A DNA stretch of 61,484 nt, taken from NCBI GenBank assembly GCA_025201805.1, contig MU619306.1, positions 16,772 to 78,255 on the forward strand, given 5' to 3'. Shown piece by piece: positions 52,564 to 61,484 of the stretch; the first letter of the stretch is position 1, and the number at the start of each line of letters is the position of its first letter. Made by a program: the position numbers and the translations under genes. Source of the stretch: Parasitella parasitica NRRL 2501 (Eukaryota; Fungi; Mucoromycota). A model generated the notes under the pieces. It saw nothing but the letters and a program-made list of their open reading frames with translations, was not told the origin of the DNA and did no database searches.

Positions 52564-53421
52564 ATGGCGCCTCAAAAAGATAATTGGTCAGCTACCAAAT
52601 ATGCAAAACACGCCTCGTTTGTGCCGAAGTTGGGTTCTGTCATTCTTGACAAATTAGACCCTCAACCTAATGAACATGTATTGGACTTTGGCTGTGGTGA
52701 TGGTGTATTAACAAAGGTACTAGCGTCAAGAGCTCAATGCGTTACAGGCATTGATGCCAGCCAAGACATGATTGATCGTGCCAAGCAAGATGATGCTCCT
52801 CAAAATGTCACCTACTATACAGTGAATGGATATGACCTCGATACCTGGTTTGATACTCACGAAAAAGCAGTTTCATACGACGCCGTGTTCTCCAGCGCAA
52901 CGCTTCATTGGCTAAAAGAAGACCCCGTCAAGGCGATTAGAAATATTCACTATGTTTTAAAGCCCCAAGGAAGATTTGTCGCAGAATTTGGTGGCTTTAT
53001 GAACTGTGGAGGTAGTACAAGCTTTTTCGTTTTTGCTTTATTATGACTGACGTCCCAAATTTTCCAAATTATAGAGATCAAAACCGCTTTGGTACATGCC
53101 CTAAACAAACGTGGCTTCGATGGTAATGCAGCTTCTCCATGGTTCTTTCCTTCTGCTGAACACTATAGCCAGTTGCTTGTAGAGAATGGATTCGAAGTCA
53201 AGGAGGCGGAATTGATCCCCCGAATGACGGAACTGAACACCGATATTAAGGGCTGGATCGAAACTTTTGGATTTACCTTTTTGGAACATTTGGCAAACGA
53301 TCAGGAGCGGGCTCAGGTTGCTCAGGAAGTCCAGGATTATCTTCAGCCTAGTTTTCAAAGAGAAGATGGCAAATGGTTCATCATGTATGTTCGGCTTCGT
53401 GTCAGCGCTATCAAAATATGA
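52564..53421 (+). CDS. Class I SAM-dependent methyltransferase (Tam-like), 2 exons
   Basis: VLDFGCGDG motif I, GIDAS, YDAVFSSATLHW, LKPQGRFVAEFGG; intron ~53012-53073. Confidence 0.9.
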
Positions 53422-53526
53422 GTTGGAGGAGGAAAAAAGTTTATTACTAGGATACAACTATTACAATAAAAAAAGGGTGGATGAAATGTATATATATAAT
53501 TTTTTGGGAGTGTGCAACGTTATAAT

Positions 53527-56490
53527 TTAGCTATAATGCTTTATAATTAAGCCTTGACTAGAATTGAATGTATATCGGTTGCTTTCAAATTGTTCAGAAT
53601 GGAAGAAAGATTGAACATCTTGTATATTCAATGACTTTGCTTTGTCTTCAAACTCTGAAATAGTAACGGTAACTTCGGTTGGAAGTCGTCTGTAACAAAG
53701 CTGGTAAAGTTTACGCTTTTCCACACAGATATCGTCCAATGTAGCAAACAACAGTTCGTGGTCATCGCGAGAATTTCTAATAAATTTCATAAAACGCTGT
53801 AAAGCAAACGGGATGTGAGAACATTGTCACAAACAAAATCTTGCAGTTCTCAAACTTACTCTGCGAAGCACCCTCATCATACTGAATTTCTGCGCACTGA
53901 TGAAACTATCCAATGCTACGCGGATAGCCATGTCCACGTCGTCTGAACGGACATATTCTCTTAAGTGCATCTTGGCGTGTGCTTCAGCAAGACGTATCAT
54001 GGACTCAAGATGACGCACTGTGATAGGAATACTACCACTAGCGAGTGATTCTCTCCTCAATTCAGAGTAAAGGCGAGACAATTTATCTTCGTCCACTTGC
54101 TGCAATTTGGGTTGAATCTTCTCTCGAGCATACATGATGTATTTCTTGAGTAACTCTTGATTGATAATATCAGCATCGTTTTCCTTGGGTTGGGCAAATT
54201 TCTGATCTGCGTCGTTGTGAAGAGGATGGCTACGAAGATGACTTCCAATGACATTCGTTGCCAAAATGTGATCTTGCTCTGGATCAACCAAATCCTTGAC
54301 AACGCAGAGCACATCGAAACGAGATAAAATAGGCTCTGTCAACTCAACATTTTGAGAAAATGGAATCGATGAGTTATAGCGGCCACGGATAGGATTAGCA
54401 GCAGCCAAAACGGAGCATCTAGCTTGCAAAGTAGTGACGATACCAGCCTTGGAAATAGAGATAGACTGTTGCTCCATAGCTTCGTGAATAGAGGTGCGAT
54501 CAGCGTCGTTCATCTTGTCGAACTCATCGATCAAACAAACGCCACGATCAGCCAATACCAGTGCACCACCTTCCAGTGTCCATTCACGGGTAATGGGATC
54601 CTTGCGAACTGAAGCCGTCAAACCGACAGCACTTGCACCTTGACCGGTTGTGTATACTGCTCGATGAGCTGTTTTTTCCACATACTTCAAGAACTGTGAT
54701 TTGGCGGTACCAGGATCACCCAGCATCAGGATATTGATATCGCCACGGATGATGTGTTTGCCCTGAATGTTTTTGGGGACACCACCAAACATGGCCAATG
54801 CAATAGCACGTTTAATATCGTCATGTCCATAGATAGAAGGTGCAATACTTTTCATAATCTTTTTACCGATGCGTTTATCTTTGCCCATCGCTAAGATTTG
54901 CTTTGTATCATCCTCTGTCAATCTATAAGCCGCAAACATATTTTCCTTTTTGTTGATGAAGTTTGCTTCAATAATGGTTGCAAAAACAGGGAACCCATTC
55001 TTGGTACTAAGAGAAGCGTCAAAGTTGTTGCGATAGACACCTATCACCTCGATCTCCTCACCAGGTTTGGCTTGATCAATTAAATCCCAAAGACAAATAA
55101 CTTCTCTGTGGCGAGGCAGACGTCCAGGGGGGACGGTGCCTGGGGACTCCTGAATAGTCAACTTTTGATAATTACGATAGACGGTCTGCTCCATGTTAAC
55201 GTTGAAGGGGCCTCTGCTTTGACAACTAGGACATGTATTGATCTTGATCTCGTTGTGAATGTCTTGGTAGAAAGGACCCAATAGAGCATTACATTTGCCA
55301 CAGTTATACTTGACCCATTTCAATTGAGGGAACACACCAGTGCGACGGGTAACAACACCAGACACGCGAATTAAGCAGTTCAATTGAGATTGTCTCAACT
55401 CACGCAGTGTATTCTTTACAGGTAAATCTGTGATGCGGACATGAATCTCGCGGTGAATACGTTCGTAAGCAGGGAACTGCATCAAAGTAACTTCCAGCGC
55501 AACCTCGTCAAGAATTTTCAACATGGCGATGGGTGAGTTGGATAGATAATAAGCCAAAATAATTTTACTATCTGCTAGATTTTCATAGTTGACTTCGAAA
55601 GACTCCTTGTTACGCTCACCCATATCTCGAATACGTTCACCGTAGACTGATGTACCATGTTCGTCTACATATGTCTGCAAAAAGTCTCTAAATTCACGTT
55701 TGATACCACGGCGAACTGCTTCTCTTGTTATCCAAACATCAATTGAAGAGTCCTTCATGTTACGAAGATCGCTGAGTGACATTTCAGGCTATTGTATATA
55801 TATTTTTAGTGGTGTGTGTGTGTGTGTGTGTGTGTGTGTCAAACTTACAACACCATCCTCATCTTGATCAACATCTTGTGCTTCATAAATATGACGATGT
55901 CTTCTGACTGCAGGTTGAGTGTCGTTTGCATCATCATCCAAGCCGTATATAAAAGCACCCGCAACACGTCCTTCTCGTCTTCTAATTTCAACATCACGCC
56001 TATTCAAATTGTTGTCGAGTGCGTTACGAGCTCCAATCTCAAGGGGCTCATAGTACTGATCATCAACACCCTCTTGTTCATAGTTATCCAATTTTTCATT
56101 GTTAACATAATCTCTGTAACAAACGCTAATCAACACAAACGATTTGGAGTTTTTTTTTAAAAAAAGATAAACAAACCTCTCTGCATCCTGGAAAATATCA
56201 ATATCGCCGTTATCAGAATCGTTCAGCTCATCATCATCAGCAAACGCATTGTCAATAAGATCCTCTTCCTCTGCTTCGTTTCTGTATTCAGCTTCAGAAA
56301 AGAAAGGTGCAGGTGATGAAGGAAAGATAGACGAGGGTTCAGGAGAATCGTTGTTGAGAGGAGTACTGGGTTCTCCACCATCAGCAGCGTCATCGTGTCT
56401 TCTTCTCTTACGCTCGGCGTTATTGTTGGAGCTCTATAATTTCAAGCATGTTAAATTTATTTCAGGTCGATTCATTATGCCCTTTACCAT
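53527..56490 (-). CDS. MCM2: DNA replication licensing factor MCM2
   Basis: Acidic N-terminus; C4 zinc finger; [14 protein letters not shown]; Walker [10 protein letters not shown]; IDEFDKM; SRFD; ATG at 56488-56490 followed by an intron. Confidence 0.97.
55813..55839 (+). repeat. (TG)n microsatellite in an MCM2 intron
   Basis: Direct read of sequence. Confidence 0.9.
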
Positions 56491-56849
56491 ATCAAATACA
56501 AACGCAAATGTTTACAAAAAAAAGAGAAAAAGAAGAATGGCTATATGAAAATTTTTTAGTTGTCAAACGCGTTTGATGAAAAATTGTTTTGATTAGACGC
56601 CTCTTTTTATTTTGCGGGCGCGCAACTGATTCATTGCGGCTCACGTTGCCTGACGCAGGGAAAATCAAGAGGTTCATTGGTGCTGTGAAGGATCATACTG
56701 TACCAACTACCAACAAATTCACTCATGCAACTATGGCTACCTTTCTGAAAAATTAGAGACGAACCTGTTTTTTTCATCACAACTAATCACTGGGATGGCT
56801 AGTTGCATGTGAAACAGAATGACTCTTTCATCTTGTCCGACTCTGTTCC

Positions 56850-58489
56850 ATGCAAGAAGAAGAAACTAAAAAAATGAATTGTGAAGATAGAGGTGTAGGT
56901 ACTATTATGGATGGCTATACAACAACAGATCAAATAGCTAGCATCACTGCTTACTATTTTAATCAAAAAACAATCAAAGATTTGCGCAATTCGCTCTCAT
57001 TCTTGTTGTCTCATTTTTGTCTTTTACGTGGTGAATCTGCTAGAAAAGCAGAGCTACCTGACTTACAAGTAGTCAATATCGAAGGTGAAGGTTCAGGTCG
57101 TTGCCCTGCAATGGTACTTNNNNNNNNNNNNNNNNNNNNNNNNNNNNNNNNNNNNNNNNNNNNNNNNNNNNNNNNNNNNNNNNNNNNNNNNNNNNNNNNN
57201 NNNNNNNNNNNNNNNNNNNNNNNNNNNNNNNNNNNNNNNNNNNNNNNNNNNNNNNNNNNNNNNNNNNNNNNNNNNNNNNNNNNNNNNNNNNNNNNNNNNN
57301 NNNNNNNNNNNNNNNNNNNNNNNNNNNNNNNNNNNNNNNNNNNNNNNNNNNNNNNNNNNNNNNNNNNNNNNNNNNNNNNNNNNNNNNNNNNNNNNNNNNN
57401 NNNNNNNNNNNNNNNNNNNNNNNNNNNNNNNNNNNNNNNNNNNNNNNNNNNNNNNNNNNNNNNNNNNNNNNNNNNNNNNNNNNNNNNNNNNNNNNNNNNN
57501 NNNNNNNNNNNNNNNNNNNNNNNNNNNNNNNNNNNNNNNNNNNNNNNNNNNNNNNNNNNNNNNNNNNNNNNNNNNNNNNNNNNNNNNNNNNNNNNNNNNN
57601 NNNNNNNNNNNNNNNNNNNNNNNNNNNNNNNNNNNNNNNNNNNNNNNNNNNNNNNNNNNNNNNNNNNNNNNNNNNNNNNNNNNNNNNNNNNNNNNNNNNN
57701 NNNNNNNNNNNNNNNNNNNNNNNNNNNNNNNNNNNNNNNNNNNNNNNNNNNNNNNNNNNNNNNNNNNNNNNNNNNNNNNNNNNNNNNNNNNNNNNNNNNN
57801 NNNNNNNNNNNNNNNNNNNNNNNNNNNNNNNNNNNNNNNNNNNNNNNNNNNNNNNNNNNNNNNNNNNNNNNNNNNNNNNNNNNNNNNNNNNNNNNNNNNN
57901 NNNNNNNNNNNNNNNNNNNNNNNNNNNNNNNNNNNNNNNNNNNNNNNNNNNNNNNNNNNNNNNNNNNNNNNNNNNNNNNNNNNNNNNNNNNNNNNNNNNN
58001 NNNNACATCTCTGACATTTCAACTGGAAGAGCACCATTGCAAATAAATATTGAATGGCCACAACAAGGTTCTAGTAGTAGTATTCTACCTAGCGCATCTA
58101 TACGAACGTTTAACACTGATACTACTGCAAAAACTACTACTGAAGTTCTGTCAACCACACAAAAAACGCCTAGACCTTCATCTTCTGCATCTTACAGGTT
58201 GAGTACAAATGTTTATACATTGACCGATTTGTACAGGGAATGGACTGAAGGTTTAGGTGGTAATCATTCAGTAGTTTATATGAATGCAAATCATCCAGGT
58301 TGGTACTCTAGCCACAAAAGTTTCTACATGAGAAGACGCAAAATCATCAAGGCTTGCGAAGATTATGCTGCTGTTGAAGGGATAACTGTCTTGGATGCTG
58401 TTAGAAGAGCAGAAATGCTGCGAGTTAGAAACAAAAAATCATTAGATTACCTTTCAAAAAATAGTGATTTAATTTTTACATTACTCTAA
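56850..58489 (+). mobile_element. Crypton (tyrosine-recombinase DNA transposon, CryptonF-like), 5'-truncated and spanning an assembly gap
   Basis: EDRGVGTIMDGY...FLLSHFCLLRGESARKAELPDL (Ndc10-II/YR domain with catalytic R); after the gap a GCR1_C-like domain YRLSTNVYTLTDLYREWTEGLGG...W...FYMRRRKII. Confidence 0.85.
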
Positions 58490-59982
58490 ATAAAAAAAGT
58501 CTTTTACACAATATATTAGTTTTTTTTGTGATGTATAAAGTTATAGTTATATAGCAAAATATTTGAGGCATCATATATCATCTGCTATATAAACTAATAA
58601 ATTTATTACAGGTTTCCCAACCTTCAAATAAGTCGACTTATTGAAGTTTCCTCTTGAATAAGTTCAATTAATTGCCTGCGGGATATGAAATCAGAGGTTT
58701 CCTTTTGGTCTCCTCAGGTTTCCCGGCCCACATATAAATGTTTTTTATACAAGACATTCTATTGATTACTTCTATTTAATACACATTGGATAACCGGTAA
58801 CATTTAACCTTAGATCCGATCGGGAACGGTTTCCATAAAAACTGAATTGAAATATAAAAAATATTTTTTAAAACTGTTATTTATTTTTTAGATGAAGGTT
58901 GATTTATCAGAAAAGTTCCAATAGAAAATCAGGTAAAGACCCGTTTATTACATTCAAAAATAGAGGGTTTATATACTTTCTATGAACTGAGGGAAGCGAT
59001 GTGAGGATAAAGGTTTTAGTGATGAGATCCGGGAGATAGGGTAGATTGTATCTATCCCAATGTCATGTCATATTATTTTATGATCTGATGTTTTACTCTT
59101 CAGTATGAGTTTATATTATATTGACATCCGGTTTTAGAATTGATACATCATATATGATATTAAATTAGCATGAACTGAGTTATTGCATTAAAGGAGTCTC
59201 TGTAACTATTATGAATATTTAGTTTAAATTACCTACTAAAAATATTCTATAAACGTAACATTATTGAATAACAGGCTAGTACGGATTTAAGAATACGTAG
59301 TTCAAATATCAAGAACAAACAGAAGAAAATCTAATAACACTCGTCAAATCTGTGATTGGTTCCCCTTTTCTAAATCTTTGCTGCCAAGATGTCCTTGACG
59401 AATAATCCATTAAAATTTAGGTTCATATCGATAACCATTTATCTTTGGAAAACTACTAGGAAGAGATAGTTTCTAAATGACATGATTTGATGTGAGCTTC
59501 ATCTAACAAATAAATTAAAGTTTTAAAAATTTATTTCTATATTTTTAAGTAGTAATTTCACAATATAATATATATAAGCTGTATTTTTATCAATTATTAT
59601 AAACTATATTGATGTGTCGATTTCCCTACCGGAAGTCAAACTCAAGTAAACTCAATTCTAAACACAATTCAGGAGGAACATATCCCAATTAATCATGTTC
59701 CTTATTTATAACTCAACATGACATGTTCCTAGGCATTAGATACTATATACCGCTCTAGTTGTTATATTAAATAAAAGTCTGATAAAAATAAATCTGCCAA
59801 GCAAAGAATTACACTTTTATTCATAATACATCTCTCGATGGATTGGATGACTTCCAAAACTAAAAAATGAATAAATTTTATACATTTGTCAACTCCGTTA
59901 GATTGAGATTCATCCCGATATAAACCACGATTTATTTGCGTTTATTCACGTCAATAGATATTGTTTATTTCTGTCATGCAAA

Positions 59983-60460
59983 TCAAAAAAATCTGAAACC
60001 ATTATTGTTTCGATCGTCTTGCCACTTTTTAAAGTAAACGGTGGAAATTGGATTAATGCCCACCAATCTAGTTCTAAAATTATGCAATCTCCATATGATG
60101 TGCAGTAGTTGTACACGGGTTGCCTTGTCGTCTTCACTTAACGGCAGGCTAAGTCGCCCAAAACCAGATTGAATAGCCCTCATTCCCCATTCAGCTGCTT
60201 GTCTGTGCTTTGTAATGGCTTTGAAACGATCAAATGTTTCTTCATTTAAGACCAAATCATTCATCTCATTTTTCTTGGGAACCCGAAGAATCTTTTCTTT
60301 ATACTCGAGTGAATTAGGAAACCCAGCATCCGCCAGCAACCGATATAGCTCTGGACAAGGACTTTTGTTTAAAAGATTTACATACATTGGAATGGCGATG
60401 TCTGCATCATGCCATGATCCGGCGGGACAATTGTGTTGTGCCAGTATCAAAGGGCGCAGC
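59983..60460 (-). pseudogene. PIF/Harbinger-class (DDE_Tnp_4) transposase, C-terminal fragment
   Basis: NCPAGSWHD, LLADAGFP, RQAAEWGMRAIQSGFGRL, LHNFRTRLVGIN; N-terminal half with first catalytic Asp not seen. Confidence 0.8.
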
Positions 60461-60922
60461 GTAATGTTATGTAAAATACGATTTGTATAAAGTAATAAGA
60501 CTTTTCTGAATAAAACCAGATACAAAATTGAAGAATTTTATTGACATAAGATATGCTCTCGATTTATACTAAAATATATCTCAATCAATGTTTGTCCACA
60601 TAACATCTGATGTTTGACAAGAAGTGTCAAACCTTATTAAATCACAGCATTTCCAGGACAGACCTATCTTTCTATTTTACATTAAAGAGAAGATTGGGTA
60701 GGATGTCGAAAAGACATCCCGCGATCTGATCTAGATGTATTCTTTGAATAAGCCTAGAATCTTGCAAGAGGTCCAATTACAACTCGTAGCTTATTCCTTA
60801 TTTGTAAAAGAATTACCAACAATTAATATCATGATCCGTGCATTATGACTAAGTTAGATATGGCATATGTAGCCTTTATATGGATACAACAGATATTACC
60901 TTTTGCAGTGGTATTAACTGTG

Positions 60923-60977
60923 AAATACATTCACTATGATGATCTGCATTCCACTTCTAGATTCATCCAGCTACCTT
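60923..60977 (+). repeat. Dispersed repeat, copy 2 (partner at 3774-3831)
   Basis: AAATACATTCACTATGATGATCTGCATTCCACTTCTAGATTCATCCAGCTACCTT. Confidence 0.7.
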
Positions 60978-61484
60978 AAAATGATATAAATTACATATGC
61001 GCACAGATAATAAGATGTGCAATACAGATTTATACTAAATAAGATATAAGCTAGAGACTGCACCATTAGGATGGGTGACGCTATAGACTGATACTTATAT
61101 CTCGACACGAGCCTTAGACATTTACTAGATTTAGTATATGCTGAGAGTTATATGAATAACGATTATTTCCAAAGACAATTAAATAAAGAGACTACAAGCG
61201 ATTATATCACGGAGAACGTAGGGTCTTTATTAAAGATTGAAAAGGAAGCCAGGATTGCTCTGGTCCTGGTTTCTAAAAGTCTTTATACAATTCCATTTGA
61301 ATGTCAGTGTCAATATTGGAATTGAGATGAGATTCAACCTTCAATTAATAGGCGAAAACCGACATTCTCCCCCACTCAAACTCGACGCCAGTTCTAGTTG
61401 TTGATACACTAGGTTTTCTAAAGCCTATTTTTCTTTGATCTTTCGGTAATTGCATTGGTTTGGTTTGATTGTCCAAATTTGCGC

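Noticed and set aside
57073-58158. Several overlapping ORFs across the second gap
   Set aside because: N-gap artefacts; only the Crypton-like frames flanking the gap are meaningful

Overview
Eukaryotic fungal DNA, most likely Mucorales (AT-rich, many ~55-70 nt GT-AG introns, Mucor-like proteins), with two assembly gaps (~1739-2688, ~57120-58004). The gene-dense core (5.4-56.5 kb) encodes ferrochelatase, MetAP2, mRNA guanylyltransferase, a Nup98-type nucleoporin lacking the Nup96 moiety, an HTH/AT-hook/Myb protein, a single-pass surface protein, an adjacent RasGAP-RasGEF-Ras trio, acyl-CoA thioesterase, transaldolase, a TFIIIC subunit, a class-3 lipase, UNC-50, a RhoGEF, a Crz1-like C2H2 factor, a SAM methyltransferase and MCM2. 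Both ends are rich in transposon relics. The standout is a 3.65-kb element (45724-49378) bounded by 22-bp PIF/Harbinger-type terminal inverted repeats and a TTA target-site duplication. Its only clearly recognisable cargo is a decayed Fanzor1 (TnpB/Cas12-like RNA-guided RuvC nuclease) followed by a structured 3' region that is a candidate omegaRNA. Also present: a possible second, internally deleted Fanzor-like relic (~33.5-34.1 kb), a 5'-truncated Crypton beside the MCM2 promoter and a Harbinger-class transposase fragment. All calls come from motif recognition by eye; no searches were run and exon boundaries are approximate.
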